From Octopus bimaculoides (taxonomy: Eukaryota): a stretch of 34,745 nucleotides of DNA. The notes under the pieces are model-generated. The model did not search any database, was not told the DNA's origin, and was given only the letters and a program-made list of their open reading frames with translations. The stretch covers positions 125,826,110-125,860,854 of the forward strand of contig NC_068981.1 in the NCBI RefSeq assembly GCF_001194135.2, given 5' to 3'. This document shows positions 1-13,540 of the stretch, piece by piece; positions within the stretch are counted from its first letter, which is position 1, and the number at the start of each line of letters is the position of its first letter. The translations under genes were made by a program, and so were the position numbers.

Positions 1-33
<33 letters not shown>

Positions 34-259
34 TATATCGTTATAGTTATAAATATATAGTTATATAACTATGTAGGTATTTAAATATATGAAAATATAG
101 TTAATTAAAATCTCATGAGATTAGTGTGTTTAAAATGTGGAAAACAGCAATCAAGGTAGATAACACCAATATGATCAATTGATTGAAAATCTGATATTAT
201 TGAGAATTCAAATCTCACCTCCCTCAAGATGACTTGCTAGCTGCTAAATGACCACAGAA

Positions 260-438
260 ATGCTGATGTCACACAAAAAAGGCACCCAGTACATGCTGTA
301 AAAGTGGTTGGTGTTTAGAAGAGCATCTAGTCATAGAAACCTTGCCAAATCAGACACTGGAGCACAATGCAGTCTTTGGACCCATCAGATCCTGTGAAAC
401 TGTCCAACCAATACCAACATAGACATTAAATGATGATG
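260..438 (+). mobile_element. Old copy of the RTE-tail retroposon family
   Basis: Contains aaagtggttggtgtttagaagagcatctagtcatagaaaccttgccaaatcagac and gacattaaatgatgatg. Confidence 0.7.
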
Positions 439-1339
439 GTAATTATGCTATAACATTTAATGTAAATAGTATTTAAAATAAGAGCTACAAATAGTTTCAT
501 AGCAAAGAGACACTATGATTAGGCAGATTTATATAATGTGCCTTGTAGCTGCAAGCAATCTTTGGGCTCAGGGCACATGGTTGTTGAAAACCAGGATGCT
601 GGTTCCATAAATCTACCTGTTCACAGTGTCTCTATAGCAAGAAACTATTAGTAGCTCTTATTTTACTACTGTGTACATTAAATATGATATTTATCTCTCA
701 CAGGATGGAGTACTGTTTTTTGTTGATCCTACATTGATGGAGCAGTAAACTCTATATAGAGAGAGATAGAGGGAGAGAAAGAGAGTGAGTGTGTATGAGT
801 GAGAAAGAGAGAGAAGGTGCAGAAGGGTATGTAGTGATACTGATTTTGAATATCAGCATTATGGCCAAAAGAAAATAGTCTTGAGGAGTATTCTGAATAT
901 CATCATCTTCCTATCTTTAGGTCCATTTTTATGTACTGGCATGAGTTGAACAAGACTACTTATGGCAGTATTCTGTGGCTGTATGCAGGGCTGGATTTAT
1001 GAGAGGGTGGGAATTGCCCCAGGCATCTAGATATTGGTGGGGGGGGTCCCCTGCTAGGAAGGATATGTAGCACTCAATACAGGAAGGGCCCCCTCCACCA
1101 GCTCCCAGCAAACAGGCATGAGGTTCTCTTTCAATATACAAAGGTATCTTGACTTCTTAAAAAATTTAATGGATTCTCTTTTATAATAGCCACTTTAGAG
1201 ACATCAAATTATTCAATTAAAAAACAGTTTATACCCAGTCCTAAAGAACTTACAATCTCAAGGGACTTTGTAGCTACTCTGGGGATGGAAAACAGAAACA
1301 ACAGAACACTCCCAAAAATATATTTATGTGTCTCTTCTA

Positions 1340-2490
1340 TTTTTTAATTATTATAAATCTTCCACTGTGGAGGGAGCCGGTTTCCAACAAAGATACAAGG
1401 CTCCATCTTTCGGATTTAGTTAACACAGACAAATTCAAATTTGGAAATTGAGAAAAGTCTTGCATATTTTTACTGTTCTACATGTAATGTACAAGTTAGC
1501 TAGTCAATTTCTCTTTTTGAAAATCCCAGTTTATCCAGATTCTCCCTTAAGCATTTATTAGCAAAACCTAGTGCTTCAGTTATTATTGGTATGAATATGA
1601 ATTCATAGTCTGGATATAGAAGCTGAAGGTTTTGAAGCAGTTGTCCATAGATATCTTCTTTTTCTTTGATTTTCAAAGAGATATTTATATCAGCAGGGCA
1701 ACTGACCTCTATGATNNNNNNNNNNNNNNNNNNNNNNNNNNNNNNNNNNNNNNNNNNNNNNNNNNNNNNNNNNNNNNNNNNNNNNNNNNNNNNNNNNNNN
1801 NNNNNNNNNNNNNNNNNNNNNNNNNNNNNNNNNNNNNNNNNNNNNNNNNNNNNNNNNNNNNNNNNNNNNNNNNNNNNNNNNNNNNNNNNNNNNNNNNNNN
1901 NNNNNNNNNNNNNNNNNNNNNNNNNNNNNNNNNNNNNNNNNNNNNNNNNNNNNNNNNNNNNNNNNNNNNNNNNNNNNNNNNNNNNNNNNNNNNNNNNNNN
2001 NNNNNNNNNNNNNNNNNNNNNNNNNNNNNNNNNNNNNNNNNNNNNNNNNNNNNNNNNNNNNNNNNNNNNNNNNNNNNNNNNNNNNNNNNNNNNNNNNNNN
2101 NNGTGTTTATGAATGTATTCCATAACAGAGGAATTTTCTAAGTTTATTTCAGAACAGTCTTTTTTGCAGATGGCATCGTAAATCGTTTTAGCAACAACAT
2201 CATGTTGCATAGTGGGGTAGCACCGTGACAACATTTTAGGACAGTTACTAATCACATGCATAACATCTTCCACAGAAACATGACACAGCTTACATATGTG
2301 GGTGCACCTTGGGATTACAAGAGCTTCACTGTCTCTCTTGTTCACCAGGTACTTTATGGTAATCTCCTGTTCCTGGATTGCAAACGCATAGCCTTCAAAG
2401 TGTGATGTGATGTAGTGGTCTTGTGTCCAAGAGAGACTACGCTTCATGTCAGTTCTACTGCTTTCTTCAAGCTTCTGGGCAACATATCAA
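1340..2490 (-). mobile_element. 3' part of an R4/Dong-like non-LTR retrotransposon (CCHC knuckle plus restriction-like endonuclease), degenerate, interrupted by an N-gap
   Basis: Minus-strand peptide FEGYAFAIQEQEI...CKLCHVSVEDVMHVISNCPKM...HDVVAK gives C-x2-C-x8-H-x4-C followed by a (R)HD-like motif. After the gap it reads IIEVSCPADINISLKIKEKEDIYGQL...FIPIITEALG (RLE domain), ending TVKICKTFL in a shifted frame, then an A-rich 3' end near 1345. Confidence 0.75.
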
Positions 2491-4360
2491 TGCATAGTCT
2501 TTTTTTTTTTTGTATGCTGAGTGCTTTTCATACAGGTTTTCTCTGTATGAATCTGTGAGTGTATGTGTGTTTGTGTGTGTGTGTGTGTGTGTGTAAGAAT
2601 AAATGTATATAAAGATAAAGAGATTGATAGAAAAATGTTATTGTCTCTAGGCCAAATTCCTTCTTTCAATGCATGGCTGAGCTTGAACTTGGCTTGACCA
2701 ATAGCGATTAAACACACACACACACACATTTCTACTTCTAAACTTATTTCAGTGAGGCTTTAAAAGCAAATAAGTAAAGAAAACTTTTGAATTTAGTTTT
2801 AATTATAAAATTACATCTATTTTCATCATTCTGTCAAACACTTGGAATTACTATATGGAAGTGGGGTAAAATTGGTAACTCGGTCAAAATCAGTAATTTC
2901 TGATTTCTTGTTATTTTCTCTCATTTTGTACCATTTCATCATCTTTGGAAGTAAAATTTGGTCAATATAGGTTACATACTTGGGAGTTAAAATTGGTCAG
3001 TATAGTTTACATAGTTGTTGTTGAAGTTGAAAGTTTGAAACATAGGCGACAGGTACTATTTTCAAGAAATTTTTCCTCAAATTTGACCTGATTGTAATTG
3101 AGGTAGCTAATGAAATATCTGGATAATTTTTGGTAAAGAAACTATAAAAAATATTTTACGTTGAGTTTTTAGATTTAGTTAAGTTTCATTAATTTAATAT
3201 TATGTGAGATTTTTCCATAATCCTCTTTCATTTGACCAAGATATTTTTAATTTTGTTGCATTTCTGATCTTCCTGATGTCTAAGGATGGATGTTTATGTG
3301 TATGACTTTTTTTCAAATTTAATTCTGGAGAACTGGAAGGCCATATTTAACTGGAAGGCCATGTCTTGTCTTACCCATTTTCCCTGCTTAAATTTGTCTT
3401 TTACATGCTCAAAGAGAACAGTGATAATTTACTGAAATAGTGTTCTGAATATGTTATAGGTTTTACTGCATTTAGAGAAGGTCTTTTCTTTGCTGATATA
3501 GTTTTGACAAGGTAGTAAACATTTAAAAAAAATACATTTTCTTCAAAGTCAAAAATGCAGTAAATATTACTCATAGTGCTTCACATACTGCTGCCAGAAA
3601 ATGGAAAAGCAAACTTTCAGAAATAGCTGTTTGAATTTCCCTGTTTTTGTTAGGGTTTCCCCTACTTTTTTTTTTTTTTTTTTTCATACATTACAAAACA
3701 ATGAAAAAAGCTGTTTTAAAAGAAGAATTTTTAAAATCCATGTCTTTTAAATGTTGCTATCTCTACCCCACCTTTTCTATCTCNNNNNNNNNNNNNNNNN
3801 NNNNNNNNNNNNNNNNNNNNNNNNNNNNNNNNNNNNNNNNNNNNNNNNNNNNNNNNNNNNNNNNNNNNNNNNNNNNNNNNNNNNNNNNNNNNNNNNNNNN
3901 NNNNNACATTAAAAAAAAAAAATCTTACCCTACTTTTCCCTCCTTTATTGAACTTTTTCTCAATGTAGGAAAAGTCAAACACCACAAGAGGATGTGTGAA
4001 AAATGAAATTTGAATTTTGAAAAAGTGTATCTATAAAGCGACATTTTCAGTCATTTATTTAAACTTTCTCTTGTAACACATCAAATTCAATTATTTGAAA
4101 AAGATGAGTTTTGAGATTTAAATTTGGTAATTTTCTAAGATTTTAATTCTTGTGTATAAGGGGCCCACCAAACTTGAAGTGCCTCCCCCATAGTTTAAAT
4201 CCAGTCCTGGCTGTATTCCCTTTCTGATGCTAACCTTTGCTTGTTTTCAAGTAAGGTTCTTTATTCCACTGGTTAAACTACTCAGGCATTGGCTGGTTAT
4301 GCTGAACATAAACATATGTCACTGCTGTCCGACATGTCAAGGCAAAGGTATATAGAAACA

Positions 4361-4362
<2 letters not shown>

Positions 4363-4397
<35 letters not shown>

Positions 4398-4438
4398 ACA
4401 CACACACACACACACATACACACACACACACACACACA
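4363..4438. repeat. (CA)n microsatellite
   Basis: Read directly from the sequence. Confidence 0.95.
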
Positions 4439-4465
4439 AACATGTGTATAAATAACTATATACGT

Positions 4466-4600
4466 GACAGACTTCCATAGTGTTTCTTTCATTCACAAGG
4501 CATTAGTCAATCTGAGGCTATACTTGGTACCACACAGTGGGATTGAACCAAAAACCACATGGTTACAAACCAAGCTTCTTAATTACACTGCCATACCTAC
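4466..4600 (-). mobile_element. tRNA-derived SINE fragment, same family as 16221
   Basis: gggattgaacc...cttcttaattacactgccat is the reverse complement of the tRNA-like head. Confidence 0.6.
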
Positions 4601-5454
4601 AACTATCATAACTATGTTTACACCTATCACAGAGAAAAGGTTGTACTTATAAAGTTCCCTTGGTGGGGTTTGAACTCAGAGTGTAGAGAGTTAGATCAAA
4701 TACTGCAAGGCTTTCTATCCAACGTTCTAATGACTCAAGCAATTTGCTTGCCAAATACACATTTAGTAGGGCAAACAATGCCCAGGCAGCTGAGAGGATG
4801 CAAGCTTATGACGGCCTAAATAGCTTGACAGTTAATTAATAAAGTTGTCTTATTATGGAAAATCAATTCTTTAGCTAATAAGGAATATATCTTGCTTTAA
4901 TGATATTCTCTAGTTATAATACATCTATAAACATTTAAAGAAACTTTTACTGAGTTCTTAACTAATTATCTTCTGCAGTAGGATAATCTAGGTTGCATGT
5001 TAAATCAAAACCTTTTAAGCTGATTTGATAGGAGTTCAAATATATACAAACAATGCTTAATTAAAAGAAAACTTCTGTTGTTTGTAATGACAGACATTGA
5101 TATTTTAAACTAGTTTTCTTATCAGTAGGATTAGAATTATTAAGAGATTTATTTCTTGTTATTCTTAAATCCACCTATGTTTCTCTCTCTATTTTAATCT
5201 TTTTCTTTCTCGCTTCTGTATATGAAAATGTTAGAGAACACTTCACCTTTCAAAGGAGTGGCAGCACTTGAAAGTTGTGTTTCATTAGTTTACAATGCCA
5301 AATGTAACTATCCCTCTATGTTTAGCATAAACAGTGATCATTTCCACCGAACACATACGTGAAAGCAAAATTGTCATTTGTACTTTATCACCTTTTGGTT
5401 AACAAGAGTCACAAAGCAACCATCTCCAGTATCAGATATTATATTCCATTATAA

Positions 5455-6520
5455 TCATCATCATTGTCATCACTTTACATCTGGTTTTCCACGGTTGCTT
5501 GAGTGAGTTAGGTCTTTGCCTTCCCAGCCTCTTGTGAGTTGGTGTGGGCCTTTGTCATTTCCTTCATGAAGTTCAGTATCCTGAGATCAGTGTTCACTAC
5601 TTCTTCCCACGACTACTGTAGATTCCGTCCACTGGAATCACTTGACATTTCTTTATCCATCTGTCATTTTCCATGTATATCACATATTTTCACCAGTGAA
5701 ATCTCCAGTCTTGCATACTGCATCTGGTTTCTGTAATACCTAATTTTTCTCTCAACTTATTTGTGACCCATCATTCCTTCACTCTAACATTACATAACCA
5801 ATGAAGCATGCTCCACTCATTTTTTTCCAGCTTTTACATATCTTCTATATCCAGTGTCCATATTTTGCTACCTTGTAGCATCACATTTGCTGTTTACAAT
5901 CTGCCTTTCTCTCAAAGAGAGAACCTTTCTGTTGTCAGCAGTAATAATAGTTCCTTGGATGTTTTCCATCCTGTTCTTACCCTGCTATTAGGTTTTCAGA
6001 ACACTCACCTTCACTATAGATAGATTTTCCCCAGAGAAAGAAGCTTCTAAGGTATCTGAAAAGATTTATTTCGCTGCTATGAATCTGCTCCATACGAAGT
6101 TTATTTCTGTCATTTTGCCTGTGACCTCACTGCACCCCTTATGTATCCACGGAATTTCTACCCACTCCTTTTTTTTTTTTTGCATATATAGCATAGCCAC
6201 TTCCCAGGTAGTTGTAGGGATCTATCCTCTTTCCTGCTAGCTGTGACACTTTTACTATGAAATCTCTCAAATCTAGATTTTGTCACCTTATTTGGAATTT
6301 TGTCTCCAAGAAGCAGATCAATAGAACTCAAAAACTTCCATAGACAGCAAGTGTTCAACTCCTCAGTAATGACCTGGGTAACTGTTATAAAAAGAAGGGA
6401 ATGAGACATGTCCTGATGGACATCAACCTACATGCTCCATTTCTCATTGAACTCAAAGTTTCACCTTGGAAGCATTTCTGTATAGGACTTGCATGGCTCT
6501 CACAAACCATTTATCTAGAC
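5455..6520 (-). mobile_element. RTE-clade LINE, 3' half (RT core to C-terminus and (GAT)n tail), degenerate
   Basis: Minus-strand reading across frameshifts: DKWFVRAMQVLYRNA..VDVHQ..SLLFITVTQVITEELNTCCLWKFLSSIDL (decayed LLYADDL), GKWLCYICKK..WIHKGC, GWKTSKELLLLL, KLEKNEWSMLHWLC, LREKLGI..SWEEVVNTDL. It ends in a catcatcat tail on the + strand at about 5455. Confidence 0.8.
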
Positions 6521-6800
6521 TATGCTTGCTTCATTTCTTTCTGGCCTTCCCATATCCTCCGCATTTAGTGCCTATTTTCCTCACACACAAGCCTACTATT
6601 CACTCTGAGTGAGAATTCATTTGTTGCTAGTAGCAGTAATAGCTCCCCAAATTTTACCCACTCTTTTTGTACTCTGGTTACTACATTTTTAGCACACTCA
6701 TCTTTGTAGCTGATTAGGTCGTCTAGGTAACTGAAGCTATCATTTGCTTTTATAGAGCCTTCTGAGCATTTGAAAACATTTATTTCATAGGTTCTCATTT
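6521..6800 (-). mobile_element. Second RTE-clade LINE fragment (post-RT region) fused to the 5' end of the previous copy
   Basis: ORF 6565-6798 reads DSFSYLDDLIS...VVTRVQKEWVKFGELLLLL...FSLRVNSRL (decayed FCYLGD...ARIR..W.KFRELLPLL), continuing ALNAEDMGRPERNEASI. Confidence 0.75.
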
Positions 6801-7820
6801 AGAATCTTCATCTACTATTCTACCTAAAATCTCACCACATTTTTTGTTTACCCATAGTTTACATTGAGTACACACATATAGGATTACTCTCTACTCCTTT
6901 TTACTCATCAAGCATGGTTATTTCCCTGATAGATTTTTGACTCATGTCTTCATTTATAGCTAACTGAAACTTCTATTTTTATTACATTTACTTCTGATCA
7001 CAGACTTTTTTAATTAGCTAAGCTTGGAGAATAGGACTGTACCCATGGTTTTTGCAAGCCCTTTGAGATGTTACAAATTAATGATTGCAAAAAGAGAGTT
7101 CCACAGTGCTGACATTTTGTGAAGGAAGTACTGGAAATAGTAATTAATATGAGGTTGGAAGGTTTGACACAATATGCACAATGAGAGAAGGAGAGGCAAA
7201 TGAATCAGGAGTGCTTTAGTGAATGTATCACAAGACCACCCAGCTCCAAGGAGTAGAGACCATTGTAGAAGAGATAGTAAAATACAGAGAGAACACAGCA
7301 CATATGTGGGTCAAGGGCTAGAGTGTGTCTGTGAATAACTTTATGCCAATCAATCAAGTTGATGCCCTTTTGAATGTCTCTGTGAGTTGCAGTAGCACCA
7401 GCCTAGATGTGGTATAGTATGTCATTGTGGGTCTCATTTAACAATTACCCATAGAGAGAGTTTCTATCTAATAATTTCACATCTAAAACTTAGTTAATCA
7501 AAGCCTTCCAACAATAGTGAATTTGTGAAACTAGCATATTTCTTTTTAACTACTCTTGTCGACAATGTCCTAAAAACATTTTTGTTTTATTTAACACCCT
7601 CTATGTTAATTTTATTATGTACATTGAATTGAAGCTGACTGAGACCAACTCCTTGCATCCCAGTTGGTACTGCATTCTGCCATTAACTTCTAATGAATCT
7701 GCCATGTTGCTTTAGGCAGCTATGAAAAACAAGAACAGTTACTAATTTCCATAGACTGTTACTGACTCTCTTTCATTGAGTTGGCTTCTATCCTATTTCT
7801 TTTAATAATTCTACCCCAGC

Positions 7821-7868
<48 letters not shown>

Positions 7869-7886
7869 TCTCTCTCACTCTCTCTC
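7821..7886. repeat. (CTGT)n/(CT)n microsatellite
   Basis: Read directly from the sequence. Confidence 0.9.
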
Positions 7887-8925
7887 TGTTGCTAAATGTC
7901 ACTGTCTACTACTACTGTTTTCCCTTTTATTGGGGGGTGACTTCTGTCCATTTCTTTCTCTCTCTTTCTTATACCTCGTTTCATCTTTCTTCTTTTACTG
8001 ATTTAGTAAAAACCCACAGGTACCTCTAATTTTATATATAATTTATATGTATGTATGTATGTATGTATAATGTCTATGAATATGTTAGTGCTCAGATTGG
8101 ACCAGTTACTTAAAATCCAACATTGAACAAAGGCGATAGAATCCAGACAAACAAGTTGGCTACAGACAGTGTATCAGTCGAGCTAATGAAAGTACAATAA
8201 AATAAAAGATGGACAGGCTTCAAATTATTTATAACATAATTATACGGAAGTGAGTATAAATATAATTAAGCAGAAAAACAAGAAAATCAGGAAAGTAGGT
8301 AGACATCCTGAAAATTCATACTCTAACATCATAGATAAAAGAGACGAGGACCCAAGTAGTTCAGCCTAGATATGTAGATAGATATTAGGAAGATTTGCAT
8401 TCTGACCTGACAAATAAGAGAGAGAAGAATACAGGCAATTCTTTACAACTGTTTCTGGGATTTGGTCAATATGATTAGGAGAAAGTGGTAAGAATGTAGG
8501 ACAGATGTCAAAAGAAATAGTTAAAAAGGTAGAAAGTGATGATTGGCAGTACAGAAAGGGCAAAAAGTGGAAGAAGGATATAGTAAATAGAGGAGGAATG
8601 AGAGAAATAGGCAAATGATAGGAGGATGGGTAAAGACTGTAAAATTGTAGAGGGAGAGAGACGTATAGTGATAGGGGTGGAGGTGATCAGAGATACATAG
8701 AGGTAAATGTAGTGAATGGCAAACAAAAGTGGGTAGGGTTTTTGATAGATATGAGGCAGTGTTAAGAATGCAATTGGTGTCACTAGGAAGTGACAAAATG
8801 GAGGGGAGTGATGACTGTCAGCATAGAAAGGGTAATCAAAGAAAAATATGAGTGGAGAAGGATGATGAAATGTGTAATTCTACTTTAATACATACTTTAA
8901 CTCACTCACACACATATGTATATGA

Positions 8926-8973
<48 letters not shown>

Positions 8974-10060
8974 NNNNNNNNNNNNNNNNNNNNNNNNNNN
9001 NNNNNNNNNNNNNNNNNNNNNNNNNNNNNNNNNNNNNNNNNNNNNNNNNNNNNNNNNNNNNNNNNNNNNNNNNNNNNNNNNNNNNNNNNNNNNNNNNNNN
9101 NNNNNNNNNNNNNNNNNNNNNNNNNNNNNNNNNNNNNNNNNNNNNNNNNNNNNNNNNNNNNNNNNNNNNNNNNNNNNNNNNNNNNNNNNNNNNNNNNNNN
9201 NNNNNNNNNNNNNNNNNNNNNNNNNNNNNNNNNNNNNNNNNNNNNNNNNNNNNNNNNNNNNNNNNNNNNNNNNNNNNNNNNNNNNNNNNNNNNNNNNNNN
9301 NNNNNNNNNNNNNNNNNNNNNNNNNNNNNNNNNNNNNNNNNNNNNNNNNNNNNNNNNNNNNNNNNNNNNNNNNNNNNNNNNNNNNNNNNNNNNNNNNNNN
9401 NNNNNNNNNNNNNNNNNNNNNNNNNNNNNNNNNNNNNNNNNNNNNNNNNNNNNNNNNNNNNNNNNNNNNNNNNNNNNNNNNNNNNNNNNNNNNNNNNNNN
9501 NNNNNNNNNNNNNNNNNNNNNNNNNNNNNNNNNNNNNNNNNNNNNNNNNNNNNNNNNNNNNNNNNNNNNNNNNNNNNNNNNNNNNNNNNNNNNNNNNNNN
9601 NNNNNNNNNNNNNNNNNNNNNNNNNNNNNNNNNNNNNNTATATATATATATATATATGTATGTATATATGTATGTATATATGTATGTATGTATAGGTGTT
9701 TGTGTGCATGTGTATGTGTGACTTCATATTTCCCTCCTCTTTACATATGTCTGCTGACTGTAAACAAAAGCCTTGCAAACAGTATTGCTTACTTGCAGAC
9801 CACCACAAATCTATGTCGAGATTTCTTGACATATTTTGACATTCATACAGTGTTTGTTTATTTCCATTTCTCTGCTGAAACAAGTTTGGTGAGTTTGTCA
9901 CTTGATAAACTGGAAGTTTATTACCTCACTTTCACACAGGTGATAGTTGGTGTCAGGAAGGGCATCAGGCCTTAGAAAGTTCATCTGTGGATGTGTGCGC
10001 ACATTCACACACATGCGCACATACACACACACACACATGCATACAGACATACATACTTAG

Positions 10061-10096
<36 letters not shown>

Positions 10097-13013
10097 AGAT
10101 ATACACATACACACACTTGACTCTATCAGCTTGTGATACACAGTGCTGCAGAAGACAAGACTTCTCATACAAGCTTAGTCTGGTACCCACTCTGTACCAT
10201 CACGTACCATCACGTACTCTCCTAACCAGTTTACCTATTCTGTGTCTTTTCTTCTCACCATGCCATGATACTCATGACTGAGGAAATTATGTGATTTGTG
10301 CAACCTTCCACCACCTATACTCTGTTACCCTCCTGAATTGTGATGTTTGGGTGAGAAAAGATTCTATTCTGGCAGACTTTATCCACCCTCCCTGATTCCT
10401 CTGTCACCAGGCTGTCTTGGATATCTTATCTTGAGGATATACCCTAGCCTTTCATCATCAGCTTTTCTCTCCTATCCAGCACCCTGCCTATGCATATATA
10501 ATGTGGGGTAGCACTGCATCACTTCCTATTCAACCTCCTCCTTCCTCCCATATCATTCTGACTCTCCTTAATCTTGGCAATGTCTTTTTCTTCCCCTATC
10601 ATTGCACTCTTTCATCTTATCCTTCTGTCTTACCTTTGAAACCTGGATTTACAGATCAGGATTGAAAATGATCTGATGTACAGTTCTTGTTTAGTAATTT
10701 CCTCCATAATTTAGCTAAATGGAATGCAAACTGATGTTGATGCTTCTTCAGAATAGAAAGGCCTACTGCTGAGTTATGTTTGATTTTATTTATTGCTACT
10801 GATGTCTGAGCATATGTTGTAGTTTATTTTATTAATACTTTTTAAGTCAATCAATCAGAATCACTGAAAACAGCAAAATTGCTTCTGTAGAATCTCCCAC
10901 GTTTCTTTGGAATATTGTGAAGAATGTTGTTTTCATCAGTCAGTGGGTCAGTGGATGAACCTGCAGCCCCATGCTCTTTGGTTAATGAACACAACTCATT
11001 GAGGTTATGTCTAATTTTCTCAGTGGCTCAATCTTCCTTGGTTGCCCATTTGGTTATTAGTGATAGTTTTTATGTTGTACTGGAGATGGTATTTTTCTAA
11101 TTCAAGTTTGATTACGACATTATGACATGATGGCATAAATTATAGTGCCAGTATTTGTTTTGTCTATTTATGTTTTGAGTTCAAATATTCTCTATGTTGA
11201 TTTTATTTTTCTTCTCTCCAAAATTGATATCAACAATACCAGTAATATGCAGTAGTTAATTGATAGTATTCTTTCCTATGATAGCTGATTTTACACATAT
11301 CCAAAATTGACAAATGTTTTACTTACAGACAAAGAAAAAGGTTTACTGTTATCTTTTACTTTGTCACTACATGATATTATTCCAATTTGTTTTGCAGTTT
11401 TCACGTGTGTTTTAACTTTTGTTCAATTATTGTGAAGTAGCATGGCTGGTTCAGTAATTTCATAGCACCAGAGAAAAGAAAAGTGATTATTCTTTAGATG
11501 ATGGGATTAAAAAAAATTCCTTTTCAGCATAAGCTAATTTTTCTTGAAAAATGTACTGAAGTTAAAAGGAAGCTTAATAAACAATACTCAATTATGAGAT
11601 GTATTCTAGTTGCACTGAGGGAAATTATATAAAGTTTTCTTTTTTCTTTTCTTTTCTTTTTTTTTTATAAATAACATTCATATAACTTTGGGAAATAGTT
11701 TTGTTATTTGAGAGTAAAAGATCTTTTTCCATATTTGTTTCATCTACTTTTATACTTCTTTGAAGTCTTCTGTTCAAGAGCTTTGTTGTAATTTACCAGG
11801 AAAAATTAGTTTACTCAGTTAAGAAAAAAAAAAGGATGGATAATGTTAGTGTTGAGGAAAGATGAGTACTCTGACACTCAAAAGTAAGGCTCTGCCTAAA
11901 ATACTACTTTAAGGAATCTTATCTACTTACTCGTATATGCAGTGCAATATATGAAACTATCAGATCACTCTAGCAGACTTATTAAACGGTTAGCTGTACA
12001 GCTAACCTGAACACATAATTCTAGAGTGTCTATTAAAATTCTATAGGCCTCTGTCCACTATTTATTACCAGTTTGTCTTTGAATGTTTTCAGTGTTTTCA
12101 TTGTATTACTTCCATATCAAAGAATAATACAGAAAAGAAGTCAAAGAATTTCACTGAAAATGAAACCAATCACCTATGTAATTTAAAATTTCTATCATTT
12201 GTTTGATATATACATATAAGTATCTATGAAACGATATGTATATATGTATATATCAAATGAAACATGGGCAGTTTTACAGAATAAGTATTCTTCTAATACT
12301 TAATTTTTTCACCCTACATTGAACTTACATTTCACAAACAAATCTTAAAGATACCAAAACTTTTGCATGTTAAACCTACTGCATTAGATGCAAACAACAG
12401 GGTTGACTATTGTGATATTTTACACACCTTTCAATAAAAAACAATTAAAGCCTCGCACATCTCAGTCCATTCTTCTAAATGTGACTGAATGTAAGCACAA
12501 AATTACAACCAACGTGAAATATTTATATAACAGTGGTTAGCAGGTGACAAATAAAAAGTATTGATGGAAACTATTTCTATGATACATAGTAAGTTTTAAT
12601 CTTGAAAGAACGTTGGTGTCAGTTTATTTTTTACTCCAGTCTGTTTAAAGTTCTTATGAACAACAAAACAGGCATGAATGAATGACATATTTTCAGCAAT
12701 TCCTTTATGGTCTGCTGGAGATTTGCTTCAATTGAGTAATATAACAAATCATTATACAGAATTCTATGCTTTGCTTTTTGTTTTTGTTTTTGTTTTCTTC
12801 TTTTGGCAGTGTTCATTATTAAAATCAAAATTACTTACTCTAAATTTGGCAGGGACAACATTAACATTTACACATGTGCATTGCACAGGAATAACATTAA
12901 ATCAGCATTTTCTAACTTATAATTACATTGTTTTCTTCATGGAATTCATTTGTGATATTATGATTACTGGGTTTCTCCATTATGTGAACATTGCTAATTA
13001 TTTCTGAAAGGAG

Positions 13014-13014
<1 letters not shown>

Positions 13015-13068
<54 letters not shown>

Positions 13069-13289
13069 CACACATGTGTGTAAGTGCTTGTGCCTCTCCA
13101 AGAGAGAGGGATCTATATTTGTTTATATGTATATGCATATTTGTATCTATGTATATATATATATGTACATATTTATATATGTCCATATATTTATATATGT
13201 GTATTTGTATATATATATGTCTATATATTTATGTATATGTCTATATATTTATATATATGTATATATTTGTGTATATGTATATATATCTT

Positions 13290-13341
<52 letters not shown>

Positions 13342-13476
13342 NNNNNNNNNNNNNNNNNNNNNNNNNNNNNNNNNNNNNNNNNNNNNNNNNNNNNNNNNNN
13401 NNNNNNNNNNNNGTAGTTATTTATAAATTTGTATGTGTGTTTATGTATGTATATTTGTATGCATGTATATATGTAT

Positions 13477-13538
<62 letters not shown>

Positions 13539-13540
13539 TT
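13015..13540. repeat. Compound (TA)/(TG)/(CA) microsatellite block with an N-gap at 13342-13412
   Basis: Read directly; it accounts for the YI/CV-repeat ORFs in the track. Confidence 0.95.

Noticed and set aside
699-748. Acceptor-like ctctcacag followed by a short open frame
   Set aside because: No resemblance to the expected upstream Slo2 exon (VEFYVNENTFKERL-like) and a weak donor. That exon was not found and is presumably outside the window or in a gap.
4150-4212. Possible hAT-like terminus (gggccc...tttaaatccagtcctg)
   Set aside because: No matching opposite end or 8-bp TSD was found, so it is not called as an element.
8350-8850. Strongly purine-skewed tracts (also 27080-27330; pyrimidine-skewed at 10240-10640, 25620-25900 and 28260-28470)
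   Set aside because: No coding motif or internal periodicity that I could support; treated as decayed low-complexity or repeat sequence.
12202-12257. 17-bp perfect inverted repeat
   Set aside because: Mostly TA low-complexity sequence, expected by chance here.
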